NCBI GenBank assembly: GCA_016187025.1
Contig: JACPKM010000001.1
Location: 320,055 to 384,054 of the forward strand
From: Candidatus Daviesbacteria bacterium
Lineage (GTDB): Bacteria > Patescibacteriota > Microgenomatia > Daviesbacterales > UBA10151
Direction: 5' to 3'
Length of the DNA: 64,000 nt
How positions within the stretch are numbered: the stretch's first letter is position 1; each line of letters opens with the position of its first letter. Of this stretch, positions 10,571 through 21,743 are shown piece by piece. The notes under the pieces were generated by a model, which did no database searches, was not told the origin of the DNA, and worked only from the letters and a program-made list of their open reading frames with translations. Position numbers and translations under genes: made by a program.

Positions 10571-11542
10571 TTAATCTATTTTAATTGTATTTTCAGGTGA
10601 ACCGTTAATAAAAGAGGTTATATTTGTAATAGTTGTTTCTAATATCCTCATTCTCGCTTCTTTGGTATTAAAGGCAGTATGCGGGGTGATTATTACATTA
10701 TCCATCTCAGCTAACTTTTCGTTTATTTTGGTAATTGGAGCATCTTCTTTGAATGTTTTTTTCTCATCTTCCAAAACATCAAGGGCTGCTCCTGATAAAA
10801 TGTTTTCCTGCAAAGCTTTAAAAAGAGCTTGAGTTTCTACCACTGCACCTCTTGAGGTGTTTACTAAAACAGCACCTTTCTTAATTAAGCCAATATTTTG
10901 TAAGTTTATCAGGTGGTGGGTAGAGGGTAGGTAAGGAACATGAAGGGTGATAATATCAGAGTTTTTTAAAAGCTCCTCTAAGATTACATAAGAAAAATCT
11001 AACTCCTGGGCTAAACTTTTATTAGGAAAAGCATCAAAAGCCAATATTTTCATCCCGAATCCTTTGGCAATTTTGGCTACATTTGCTCCAATTTTCCCTG
11101 TTCCAACCACCCCTAAAGTTTTTCCCTCTAAGTCAAAGCCTTGTAGGTTTTCAAAGCTGAATTTTTTCTCTTGCTTGATTCTATTGTAGGCTTGAGGAAT
11201 TTTCCGGGAAAGACCCAATAAAATTGCAAAAGTAAACTCAGCAACAGTATGCTCTCCATAAGCGGGGATATAACTAACTACAATATTTTTTTCCTTTGCT
11301 GATTTTAAATCTATATGATCATATCCAGTTGTTCTGGTTATAACAATTTTTAGGTTTGGTAATTTTTCCAGTAATTCTTTATCAACTTTTGAATCAGTGT
11401 GGGTAGATAATATCTCAAAATCTGTATTTGGAAGGTTTTGAGCAGTTATCGGTTTATCGGAAAAAAAGAGCTCGTGAGTGTTTAATGCTTGCTCAAAATA
11501 TTCTTTTTCAGTTGGCCTAATTTCAAAAAAACCTACCTTCAT
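10571..11542 (-). CDS. D-isomer specific 2-hydroxyacid (D-lactate-like) dehydrogenase
   Basis: TGYDHID, GVVGTGKIG, NTSRG, LDVLEDE, TPHTAF; start moved to ATG 11542 because the longer ORF overlaps the tRNA. Confidence 0.92.
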   Translation of the reverse strand: MKVGFFEIRPTEKEYFEQALNTHELFFSDKPITAQNLPNTDFEILSTHTDSKVDKELLEKLPNLKIVITRTTGYDHIDLKSAKEKNIVVSYIPAYGEHTVAEFTFAILLGLSRKIPQAYNRIKQEKKFSFENLQGFDLEGKTLGVVGTGKIGANVAKIAKGFGMKILAFDAFPNKSLAQELDFSYVILEELLKNSDIITLHVPYLPSTHHLINLQNIGLIKKGAVLVNTSRGAVVETQALFKALQENILSGAALDVLEDEKKTFKEDAPITKINEKLAEMDNVIITPHTAFNTKEARMRILETTITNITSFINGSPENTIKID

Positions 11543-11590
11543 ATCAACTAGTATTGTATGGGTACGAATGATAAAATACAACAGGGTTTC

Positions 11591-11662
11591 CGGGGTGTAG
11601 TTCATCGGTAGAACGCTCGGATGGGGTCCGAGAAGCAGCAGGTCCAATTCCTGTCACCCCGA
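11591..11662 (+). tRNA. tRNA-Pro(GGG), CCA not encoded
   Basis: Acceptor CGGGGTG/CACCCCG; anticodon stem CTCGG/CCGAG with loop AT-GGG-GT; T-arm GCAGG-TCCAATT-CCTGT. Confidence 0.93.
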
Positions 11663-11806
11663 CTAATTCAATAAGAAACACCAGTTTCGTAATTGAATTA
11701 CCTGGTAGCTGAGAAATTTGACTGCGCTTGTCGCTGTTCAACTTTTTGCGAAGCAAAAAGAAAGGTTAGCGAGCGTAGCGAACGATCTTATTCCTGTCAC
11801 CCCGAC
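11647..11806 (+). repeat. 17-bp direct repeat of the tRNA-Pro 3' end (att-like) flanking a 126-bp spacer that contains a palindrome
   Basis: ATTCCTGTCACCCCGAC at 11647-11663 and 11790-11806; hairpin CTTTTTGC-GAA-GCAAAAAG at 11742-11760. Confidence 0.85.
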
Positions 11807-11915
11807 ACTTAGTTAGATACCCTTCTCTATTCCAGATAAATATATGTATCCATACATCAGTACAGGACCTATTTTGGGGTATTGACCTTTGGGATATATT
11901 TGGTATATTGAAAAT

Positions 11916-12986
11916 ATGCCTCAAAACGATGATGCCCGAAAAGCTGCGATTGCAGCTGCAATGTCTCAAATTCAAAAACAATATGGTACTGGTTCGATTA
12001 TGAGGTTGGGAGAGAGAGCAGAAAGAATGACCACACAGGTTATACCAACTGGCTCTATCGCTGTAGATTTAGCTTTGGGAGTGGGAGGTTTACCAAAGGG
12101 TAGAATTGTTGAAATCTTTGGTCCTGAGGCTAGCGGAAAGACCTCCCTGGTTCTCCATGTTATAGCAGAAGCACAGAAAAAAGGCGGAGTAGCTGCTTTT
12201 ATTGATGCAGAGCATGCACTGGATCCGCAAAGAGCCCAAAAAATAGGAGTAAACTTAGACGATCTTTTGATCTCTCAACCTGATACAGGTGAACAAGGGT
12301 TAGAGATTGCCGAAGCATTAATCCGCTCTGGTGGAATAGATGTTATAGTAATTGATTCAGTTGCAGCTCTTGTTCCCCGTTCGGAACTAGAAGGAGAAAT
12401 GGGTGAGTCCTCGATTGGTGTGCAAGCAAGGCTTATGTCTCAAGCTCTGAGAAAATTGACTGGAGCGATTGCCAACACCAATACCATTGCAATTTTTACA
12501 AATCAGTTACGTCAAAAAATTGGTGTTATGTTTGGAAATCCAGAGACTACCCCAGGAGGACTGGCCTTGAAATTTTATTCTTCAGTTAGGCTTGATATTA
12601 GAAAAATAGAAAACATTAAAAGCGGTGATCAGGTTGTTGGTTCAAGGCACCGGGTGAAGGTAGTTAAAAACAAGGTCGCTCCCCCATTCAGAATTGCAGA
12701 ATTTGATATGGACGAAAACGGAGTGTCTCATGAGGGAGAGTTGCTGGATATTGGAATAGAACTTGGCATATTAACAAAGTCTGGAGCATTTATTAAATGG
12801 GTTGATAAACTGTTAGGTCAGGGCAGACAGGCAGCAATAGCTTATTTAAAGGAGAATAAAAAGGAAGCAGAAAAGTTAGAAAAAGAAGTTAGAGATGCTT
12901 GGGTAAAACAAAAAGATGGTGAAGAAAATATTGTAGTTGGTAAAGAAGAGGAAGAAGAAATTGCAAAAATAAGTGAAGCTTCTTAA
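11916..12986 (+). CDS. recA: Recombinase A
   Basis: [45 protein letters not shown]; start at ATG 11916. Confidence 0.99.
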   Translation: MPQNDDARKAAIAAAMSQIQKQYGTGSIMRLGERAERMTTQVIPTGSIAVDLALGVGGLPKGRIVEIFGPEASGKTSLVLHVIAEAQKKGGVAAFIDAEHALDPQRAQKIGVNLDDLLISQPDTGEQGLEIAEALIRSGGIDVIVIDSVAALVPRSELEGEMGESSIGVQARLMSQALRKLTGAIANTNTIAIFTNQLRQKIGVMFGNPETTPGGLALKFYSSVRLDIRKIENIKSGDQVVGSRHRVKVVKNKVAPPFRIAEFDMDENGVSHEGELLDIGIELGILTKSGAFIKWVDKLLGQGRQAAIAYLKENKKEAEKLEKEVRDAWVKQKDGEENIVVGKEEEEEIAKISEAS

Positions 12987-13627
12987 TGCCAAAGATTACT
13001 GCAGTAGAACAGCAAAAGGAAAGCAAGTATAGATTTAATATTTTTTTGGATGGAGTGTTTGCCTTTGGAGCAGATGAGGATTTGGTGGTGGAGCACAGAC
13101 TGGTGATTGGAAAATTAATTGATACTCCCCTTTTGGAAAAACTTTTATTCGAAGCAGAGGTTGGAAAACTAATGGAAAGAATGTATAGGCTCTGGAATAT
13201 AAGGCCAAGAAGCGAAAGAGAGGTCAGGAATTACTTCAGAATCAAGGGAAAAGAATTGATTAGCGAGCTGGCAGTGGAGCTTGTTATAAAAAAATTAAAA
13301 CAAAAAGGACTGTTAAATGATGAGGCATTTGCCAAAGCTTGGATAGAACAACGCCGCCGGAGTAAAAAAAAGGGCAAGATTGCTCTTAAGGCAGAACTTT
13401 TTCAAAAGGGAGTAGATAAAAAAATAATTGAAGAGGCTTTAGAAGAAAAAACATCTGAAGAAAGCGAGGAGGAGTTGGCAATGCAAGTTTTAGGAAAGAA
13501 AGCATATAGATGGCAGTCTCTTTCATACTTGGAAAAAAAGAAGAAAGCTTATGAATATTTAACAAGGCAAGGCTTTGATTATGAGATAATTTCCGAGACG
13601 ATTGAAAAATTACTTAAAAAAGGGTAA
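12986..13627 (+). CDS. recX: Regulatory protein RecX
   Basis: RPRSERE, LLNDEAFA, ELFQKGV, L.RQGF; directly after recA. Confidence 0.92.
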   Translation: MPKITAVEQQKESKYRFNIFLDGVFAFGADEDLVVEHRLVIGKLIDTPLLEKLLFEAEVGKLMERMYRLWNIRPRSEREVRNYFRIKGKELISELAVELVIKKLKQKGLLNDEAFAKAWIEQRRRSKKKGKIALKAELFQKGVDKKIIEEALEEKTSEESEEELAMQVLGKKAYRWQSLSYLEKKKKAYEYLTRQGFDYEIISETIEKLLKKG

Positions 13628-13745
13628 AATACAATCCGGAGATTAGAAGTTTGAGGAATTAAACTATGAATAACATTAATTCTTTTTTCTCAGTAGTACC
13701 TCAAGGCCAAATCTAGGTTTGGTTTTCTAACTTCCACAAAAATTA

Positions 13746-15095
13746 ATGCAAAGAACTTTTGGTCCAAAATCTACTGTCTCTTCAACTACCCCGTCTTCTG
13801 ATGGAGACTTCCTGGGACGTGAAGCAGAACTTGCCAAGCGGGAAGGAATATTAGAAGAAAGAGAAAGGCAGTTAGAAGAAAAAGCAAGATTACTTGAAGA
13901 AAAACTACAAAAGTCAGAAAGCGTTAGAAAAGAGCTGGTTGAGAGGTTAGAAAAGGTTTCAAAAATATCAGCAGGTGAAGCACAAAAGCTTCTACTGGAA
14001 AGTATCGAAAAAGATTTAGCAGCAGAAATTTCCAAAAAGATTAGAGAAGCAGATGAAGAAATCAAACTGCAAGCTGACGAAAAAGCAAAGCAGATTTTAG
14101 CCGATAGCATGCTTCATGGAGTAACAGATTATATCGCTGAGTTTACCACCTCCAGAGTTACTCTTGCTGATGAGGAAATGAAAGGAAGGATTATTGGTAA
14201 AGAGGGTAGGAATATCCGGACCTTTGAGCAGGTTACCGGAGTAGAGGTTTTAATGGATGAAGATACCCCAAATGTTTTAATTATTTCATCATTTGATCCA
14301 GTCAGAAGAGAAATTGCCAAAGTCTCTTTGGCAAAACTTATGGCAGATGGAAGAATCCAGCCTCAAAGAATTGAAGAAATTGTTGAAAAGACTAAAGAAG
14401 ATATAGAAAAGCTGATGTTCCAGGCAGGTGAGAAACTTTGTCATGAAGTCGGGGTATATAACATGCCATTTGAGGCCATTGCCCTTTTGGGAAGGTTTAA
14501 GTACCGCTATTCTTACGGGCAGAATATGATCCAGCACACTTTAGAAGAGACTCAAATCGGTGTAGAAATTGCACGTCAAATCGGTGCTGATGTGAATGTG
14601 GTCAAACTTGGATGTTTGCTTCATGATATTGGAAAAGTTTTAACAGATTGGGACGAAGGAACACATGTTGAAAGAGGGGTACAATTTGCCAAGAAATTTG
14701 GTTTTCCTGAAAAAGTTATCAATTGTATTGCTGAGCACCACGAAGATCAACCTTTTTCGGCCGTTGAATCAATTTGTGTCTATCTTGGAGATGCTATCTC
14801 AGGTGGTAGACCAGGTGCAAGACGGGAAAATGTTCAAGATTACATAAAAAGATTATCAGATATTGAAAGAGTTGCCACCTCATTTGATGGTGTTGAAAGA
14901 GCATTTGCTGTGCAAGCAGGCAGAGAGGTGAGAGTAATTGTGATGCCGGATAAAGTATCTGATGAGGAGCTACCAAAACTTGTTCATGATATAGGATCAC
15001 AAATTCAAAAAGAAGTAATGGTTCCTGGTGCTGTAAAAATTACTGCTGTTAGGGAAACCCGGGCCACAGAATCATTTCTCACCTCTGGAAGCTAA
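13746..15095 (+). CDS. rny: Ribonuclease Y
   Basis: Coiled coil, KH domain (KGRIIGKEGRNIR), HD domain (LLHDIGK), DAISGGRPGARRE, AVQAGREVRV. Confidence 0.97.
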   Translation: MQRTFGPKSTVSSTTPSSDGDFLGREAELAKREGILEERERQLEEKARLLEEKLQKSESVRKELVERLEKVSKISAGEAQKLLLESIEKDLAAEISKKIREADEEIKLQADEKAKQILADSMLHGVTDYIAEFTTSRVTLADEEMKGRIIGKEGRNIRTFEQVTGVEVLMDEDTPNVLIISSFDPVRREIAKVSLAKLMADGRIQPQRIEEIVEKTKEDIEKLMFQAGEKLCHEVGVYNMPFEAIALLGRFKYRYSYGQNMIQHTLEETQIGVEIARQIGADVNVVKLGCLLHDIGKVLTDWDEGTHVERGVQFAKKFGFPEKVINCIAEHHEDQPFSAVESICVYLGDAISGGRPGARRENVQDYIKRLSDIERVATSFDGVERAFAVQAGREVRVIVMPDKVSDEELPKLVHDIGSQIQKEVMVPGAVKITAVRETRATESFLTSGS

Positions 15096-16481
15096 TTTTT
15101 GAAAGATTATCAGACTTCCCTGTCTTTTATAAACTATATAAGAAGGTGAATTTTCTAAAAACTTAATTCTTTTAACAAGATCAACTTTTGATATAGGATA
15201 ACTGTCCAGATTTGAGTCCAATACCACATACTCTGCATTACCTATTTCAGGAAACATAAAGATGGTTTTTCTGTTTGCCAAGTGAGGAGCAATAGTGGTT
15301 TGGGCAGAAATAGGAGAATCTTTAGGCAGGTCATTGATAGATTTATTTATGTAGTTGTAGTCTGAAGATTTAATCTGTAAAGAGTTCAAGACATTAAAAA
15401 ACATAAAGTTTGTAGAGATTAAGTTAATGACAAAAAAGGTAAACAAAAATAGATAGCTAAATCTTTTAGATAGGTTAAACCTGGTAATTACCATCACAGT
15501 TCCTATTAGTAAAAATGGCAAAAATATAGCGTTGTTGTGAAACTCACTACCCCAAAGATAAATTAAATTAGAGCTAAAACGGAGATATAGAAAGGGCAAT
15601 ATTGTGACAAAGGCAAAAGGGCTCAAAACAGGAAAATAGGCAAATTGCTTAAAGGTTTCATCCAGAGTGGCAAGCTTTATGGATGAGTTGGTCATTTGAC
15701 TTATTAAGATATCCGGCCTGCTGATTAAAAGAGACAGCATATCCAGAGGGTTAGTTAAAGGCAGATTAGATGTCTGGATATAACCATCCTGGGCTGATGG
15801 CCAGAAAAATGGCATAAGAACAAATTTAATAAGATAGAAAAGTAAAGAAGATAGAAACATAGTAGATACGCCTAATCTAAACTCTTTTTGAAACAGCTGG
15901 TAAACTCCTATTCCAAAAATATAGAAGGCAGCCTCTTCCTTAAAAAGAAAACAGAGCAAAAAAGAAAACCAATAAAGATATGTTTTTTTAAAATGCCAAC
16001 TATAAAGTAGTAAAGACAGGGGTAGCAGTGACATTGTCCCCGGATGAAAGTCAAAATTAACCGCTCTTAACAAAAGCGGTGAAGTTGCGTAAATTACTAC
16101 AAGAAGCAGGCTTAAGATCTGGTTTTTAATCTTGTCTTTAGCAACAAAATATAGTGGGATTATGCTAAGTCCTGTAAATAGTGATTGTAAAAACAGCAAA
16201 AAAACAGGGGATGGAAATAGTTTATAAAGTGGGGAAATAAAAAAAAGTATAGGATCAAAATGATCCCCTAAAATTACCATTTTTTTAAACGTGCTATAAG
16301 GTAGTTCTCCTTGACTGTACAAATAAGTAGCCTGAGTAAAGATTCCTAAATCAAGAGCGTGAGAGTTGAAGTTTAGGTGCCTGTTTATAGAATGGACAGA
16401 ATAAATCAATATAAATAAAACTGATAAAAGAATTACTGCCAGATATGGGGAGTGGGTAAATAAAATGAGCTTTTTAAACAT
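15072..16481 (-). CDS. DUF2079-like multi-pass membrane protein (probable GT-C fold)
   Basis: DLGIF.Q, GDHFDP, FDFHP, KEE motifs; many TM segments. Confidence 0.8.
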   Translation of the reverse strand: MFKKLILFTHSPYLAVILLSVLFILIYSVHSINRHLNFNSHALDLGIFTQATYLYSQGELPYSTFKKMVILGDHFDPILFFISPLYKLFPSPVFLLFLQSLFTGLSIIPLYFVAKDKIKNQILSLLLVVIYATSPLLLRAVNFDFHPGTMSLLPLSLLLYSWHFKKTYLYWFSFLLCFLFKEEAAFYIFGIGVYQLFQKEFRLGVSTMFLSSLLFYLIKFVLMPFFWPSAQDGYIQTSNLPLTNPLDMLSLLISRPDILISQMTNSSIKLATLDETFKQFAYFPVLSPFAFVTILPFLYLRFSSNLIYLWGSEFHNNAIFLPFLLIGTVMVITRFNLSKRFSYLFLFTFFVINLISTNFMFFNVLNSLQIKSSDYNYINKSINDLPKDSPISAQTTIAPHLANRKTIFMFPEIGNAEYVVLDSNLDSYPISKVDLVKRIKFLENSPSYIVYKRQGSLIIFQKLASRGEK

Positions 16482-16672
16482 TTTTCAAAGATATTTAAAA
16501 CTATTTTGATAGCTAAAGCAACTACAGGCTTAGGAGGGCTAAAAAAGGTCTTTACAAGTGGGGGAAGTTTTGGTAAGTTATTGCAGGTATGACAAAGAAT
16601 ATGATCCAACCTAAATTATTGTAATGAATTTACTATAGTTGTCGGTTCATCGTATTTTTTGCAATATTTCAT

Positions 16673-16945
16673 ATGACAAAAAATGAACTAATTGAAAAAG
16701 TAGCTAAAAAATCATCATTAACCAAAAGGGCAGCCTCAGACGCGGTAAATGCTACTTTTAACCTGATTAAAGATTCATTAGTAAGAGGAGAAAAGGTGGT
16801 TATAACAGGCTTTGGAACTTTTTTAATTAGATCACGGGCTGCCAGAAGAGGTAGAAACCCCCAGACAGGAGAGACTATTCAGATCCCTAACAAAAAGACT
16901 CCGGGATTTACTGCCGGAAAAACCATTAAGAGACTGATTAAGTAA
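16673..16945 (+). CDS. hup: DNA-binding protein HU
   Basis: MTKNELI, GFGTF, R.GRNPQTGE, F.AGK. Confidence 0.96.
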   Translation: MTKNELIEKVAKKSSLTKRAASDAVNATFNLIKDSLVRGEKVVITGFGTFLIRSRAARRGRNPQTGETIQIPNKKTPGFTAGKTIKRLIK

Positions 16946-17018
16946 TTATCCTTCCGTGCTACCGTTGCTTTTTTGTTCAATTTAGAGTATATAAAAGATT
17001 AGGATAAAGAAAGTAAAA

Positions 17019-20000
17019 TTGGTGGTTAAAATCAAGAAAAAGATACTTGCTCTCATCTCCATTTTATGTCTGCTTTTTAACCAAGTTTTGGCAGTTCCTC
17101 TAGTATTTGCACAGGAAGCTTCACCTTCTGCCCAAGTGGTTACGCTAGAATCCCCGTCTAGTCTTGCAACTTCCTCAGCAGAGCTTACGGAAAGCCCAAC
17201 TCCTCAACCCAGCCCGTCATCTACCCCCGCTCCAACCTCAAATTGGCAGGATGTAGTAGATAATATGACAACTACTAAAGACAGTGTAGTTTTGGATCAC
17301 CTGTATACAGCTCCTCAAAACTCTAAGGTCACCTTAAAATTTAATAAGCTGCCTGAAAATAAAGGCAAATTAACTATTAAAGAAGTTACTTTAACAGATG
17401 AGCAGGTTAACCAAACTAAAGCTTTGTCAAAAACCGCTTATGACATATCATCTGATATGGAAAATGGCACTTTTGAATATACCCTAACTCTGCCCACTCC
17501 CAAAACAGATAATGTGGAAGTTAAAGCTTCAGAAGACGGCCAAACTTTTGTCACCTTAGGTGGAGTGAGCGCCCAAACAGACACTTTAACCATCACCGGC
17601 CTCAACCATTTTACTCTGTTTGTAGTTTCAAATCCTACTGCCTCCTCAAATGGGCAGAATAGCGAAATTGGAACAACTAACTGGACGTCAACTAATAAGG
17701 TTTACTCTAATGATAGTCAATATGCCACAGCAACTTTGAATAATGAAACCTCTAATTACCTTAAAGCAAGGGATTATAATTTTGCTATTCCTGCTGATGC
17801 AATCATTATTGGTATAACTGTCAACATAGATAAATTTTGCACAGGAGCTAGTTGCAAAGATGCTTCTGTTAAACTAATAAAAGGCGGAACAGTTAGCGGA
17901 GACGATAAAGCAGACACTTTAACTGACTATCCCACTACAGATACTTATAAAAGTTATGGAGGAAGATCTGATCTTTGGGGTTTAATCTGGACCCCTTCAG
18001 ACATTAATAATGCAAATTTTGGTGTAGCCTTTGCCTCTCGAAATCAAACAAGTCAAAACAGAACAGTTAATGTGGACCATGTCAAAGTCGAGATTGCGTA
18101 CGACCGCCCACCAGTTGCCACTACCGACAGTGCTACTACTCCTGAAGATACCCCAGTTTCTGTGGCAGTTTTGGCCAATGATACGGATGCGGACGGTGAT
18201 GCTTTATCTCTTTCTTCAGTTAGCAATGCAGTTAATGGATCTGTGACTATTGATGGATCAAATGCTGTTTTTACACCGGCTGCCAATTTTAATGGGGCGG
18301 CCAGTTTTGAATATACAGTTAGCGATGGAGAATTAACTGCTACAGGTACAGCCAATGTTGATGTGGCGGCAGTCAATGATACACCGGTAGCTAACGCCGA
18401 TTCTGCCCAACTCAATCAATGACCGGCCCTTATTTGATGCCATTGCCAACCAAAATGTCAATGAAGATGCCCCCGCGCAAAATGTCGCAACTACCAATAT
18501 TGCCCCTGGTCCTGCGACTGCTACAGATGAATCAGGCCAGACAGTTACTATGTCTGTCTCATCCAGCAATACTGCGTTGATCCCCCATCCCTCTGTTTCC
18601 GGCTCCGGCGCTACCAGAACGCTAACCTACACACCTGTTGCCAATACCAGCGGTACAGCTACTATTACCGTGACTGCCACTGACAATGGCACTCCAAACG
18701 CCAATTTTTCCCGCACCTTCGATATTACTGTTAATCCCGTTAATGACTCTCCAACAATTACCCTCACCAGCCCTAATGGAGGGGAAACTTGGTTTGGCGG
18801 CAGTTCCCACGATATCACCTGGAATGCTTCAGATGTAGATAATGAAAGCAATACTTTAATAATTAATCTTTTCTACACTACAAATGGAACCGATTTTACA
18901 TCGATTGTTACTGGATTGAGCAATAGTAGTACATATACCTGGAATCCTGTTGCTTCTTTGGATTCATCAACTGTTAAAATTAAAGCAACTGCAACGGACC
19001 TAGATAGCCCAATAGGGACAGACTTATCTGATGCTAACTTCACTATTGATTCAACTGCCCCAATCCTGAGAGAAGTAACCCCTGTCACCAGCCCAACCAA
19101 TAACACCAGCCCTGAGTATACCTTTAATTCCTCGGAGGCAGGTACGCTGAATGTAGCTGGCGAACGCGATAATTGCAGTACTTCGAATATTGGAGCAGAA
19201 GCCGGCAATAATACTATCACCCTGGATTTGGCGGATGACGGTGTATACAACGACTGTACTGTTTCTGTAACTGATGCTGCCGGAAATACCGGCACTCTGA
19301 CTATTTCAACTTTTACCATTGACACAGAGCAGCCCAATACAGAAGAGCTTAATCTAACAGTTGAACCAATCTATAACAGCCACTATGTCAAAGAGGCTGT
19401 CACAGTGTCAGCAAATGTAACTGATAATGTAGGTGTTACTAGTGTTAATTTTAGAATTTATGATTATGATAACGGCACGGAGGAAGACGACCCCTCTTGT
19501 ACTGATGTTCAAGCCCCTTGGTCCTGCCAGATAGACACGACCTCTCTTTCAGAAGACCCAAACTATGATATAGAGGTAAAAGCTACCGATACCGCAGGCA
19601 ATGTCTCTTTTGGTTATTATGTGGGTGAGGGTAGTAATTATATATACGTGGACAACACCAAGCCCACAAATGTTACCGTTGCTGATTCAGGCATAAAAAC
19701 TGCCAATCCTAACTTAACCTTTACCTGGCCGGCTGTTGAAGAAGACGGTTCAGGTATATCCTTTTACCAATTCTGGCTTTCCACCGCCACTGGCGTAGAT
19801 TTTGCCGGAAATGTAGCTAACACTAATATTTCCAGTTGGAGTGACGGGATTACTTACGACGTGGGCACAATTATTATCAAAAAGGACAGCATTCCGGATG
19901 ATGCGCAAGACTTCGCATTCACCCGCAGTTTTGGGACGAACTTTTCTTTAGATGATGACACCGACAATACACTTTCTAATACAGCCACATTTTCTACTGT

Positions 20001-21685
20001 TGAGTCGGGATCATATACAGTCACAGAAAATGAAGTAGGTGGATGGAGTCTGACTGGCCTCTCCTGCCAGGATCCTGACAACGGATCAAGCATAAATTTA
20101 ACAGAGCGTACAGCCACCATTGACCTTGATGCCGGTGAAACCATCACCTGCACCTTTACCAATACTAAATTAGGTTCAATTTCCGGGATGAAATTTGAGG
20201 ACATGAATGGCAATGGAGTAAAAGAGGCCAGCGATTCAGGCCGTTTAGGTTGGACAGTCAACTTAAGCGGTGAAGCTTCTGCCTCAGCCACCACCAGTAA
20301 CAGTGGTAATTACAATTGAGTTGTCTGCCGGGCAAAATGTAAGTGGCATTGATTTTGGCAACTTTAAGAAGGTGATTATAGACATATTTAAATGGAAAGA
20401 CTTGGATGCAGATGGCGTGTTGGACGCAGGTGAACTACCCATTGGCGGTTGGGACATGAGGATAGAGGAACTGAAAAAAATACTCAAAGATTCAACTCCT
20501 AACCCGGTTGAAGGGCAACCACCTATTGAAACATGGACAGATGAAGTTCTTGATGGTTCACTCAGAATTCTTCCCACCAATGAAGATGGTCATGCCCTGC
20601 CGGAAGTAGACAAACCAGGCACTTACAGGGTAACAGAAGGATCAAAAGATAATTTCCAGAGAACCCATCCACTAACTGATTCATTCTTTGATGTATTTGT
20701 GGAGTATAGCGGACAGAGAAGTGATGGTGAAAAAACTTCCATTATTAAAGACAAAAATGGTCAGCCCTTAAGGTTTGGCAATGCTCCTTTCCAGCAGCTT
20801 AGTAATGCAAAATTTGTCCCTACCAGTGGAAATGGGAGCGCTACCACATCTATTATAGTTTTGGGTGACTCCACTATTAGCGTTACAAGCGGCGGCGGTA
20901 CCAGCAGTGTATCTTTACCGGCCAATACAGTTATTACTAAAAGCGGTGGAGGGACAATTGATGTCTCTCAACTCAGCGCCCAAGCGCCGTCAATTGGTTC
21001 TTTGACCGGGTTTGACGCAAATACAGTTGTTGACGGAGCCATGCAATGGGGAATTCCTGATTTTGGTTTGGAGTTTAAAGACGCAGATGGAAATCCAAAG
21101 CCGATTACTTTAAACATCTTTGTTGGCACCAGCCTTAACGAGCAAGTACTAAGTGTTGTTCGATCAGCAGGCCTAACCGGACCTTGGGTGAGTGAGGGAA
21201 TTGAGGATCCTAAAACTTGTACAGTTGCTGCAGGAATTTGTACCTTCAAGGCCACCAAGGCTTCATATTATGCCACCACCCATACAACTCCTGCTTCCAC
21301 TACAACCACCAGTTCTTCTACTTCTTCCTCCAGCTCAAGCAGTGGTAGTGATGGTGGAGATGGTCTGGGTTGTGCGGTCCATGACTGTTCGGTTAAAAGC
21401 ACTTCTTTCCAAAATCAAACAGTAACCTCGGCACAGTTGACTCAAGCACCCGGGCTTACACAGGGGGTTTTGGGAACTCAAACCTCAACAGAGGGTGATG
21501 TAGGAATAGGTCAAGAAGGGGAGGTTAAGGGTGAGAATATAGCTACACCTGGCAGCAGCACATTACCTGTTAATCTAGGTGAAAATAAAAAATCTGGTTC
21601 GGCAAATTTGTGGAAGATTGGTGGTGCTGTTGTAGTTCTAACCGTTATCGCATTTATCTTTCTTAGACTTTTGAAAAAAGCGTAA
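17019..21685 (+). pseudogene. Large secreted, membrane-anchored adhesin-like protein (cadherin-like/Ig/SdrD-B repeats) split into three frames
   Basis: Signal peptide in 17019 ORF; cadherin-like repeats (PEDTPVSVAVLANDTD, VND.P); SdrD-B-like motifs (GSISGMKFEDMNGNG, DFGNF); C-terminal TM and basic tail; frame breaks at about 18410 and 20315. Confidence 0.8.
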
Positions 21686-21743
21686 TATATCTCATTGTTG
21701 CGGATCTATGGTCCGTGCCTTCAGGTTGTGGTAATCTTATCCC

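Noticed and set aside
11543-11647. N-terminal extension of the dehydrogenase ORF and ORFs 11544-11756 and 11766-11981
   Set aside because: They overlap tRNA-Pro or recA in antisense; spurious.
16589-16624. Short ORF MTKNMIQPKLL* upstream of HU that starts like HU (MTKN)
   Set aside because: Only about 12 nt of AT-rich similarity; could easily be chance.
18053-21258. Several long antisense ORFs inside the adhesin gene, and similar shadow ORFs elsewhere (e.g. 57058-57495, 55629-56084)
   Set aside because: Mirror frames of codon-biased real genes; no motifs or translation signals.
17019-21685. Alternative genetic code or programmed frameshifting as an explanation for broken ORFs
   Set aside because: TGA acts as a normal stop in adk, secD, miaA and recJ, and the breaks are frame changes with missing sequence rather than in-frame stops or slippery sites.
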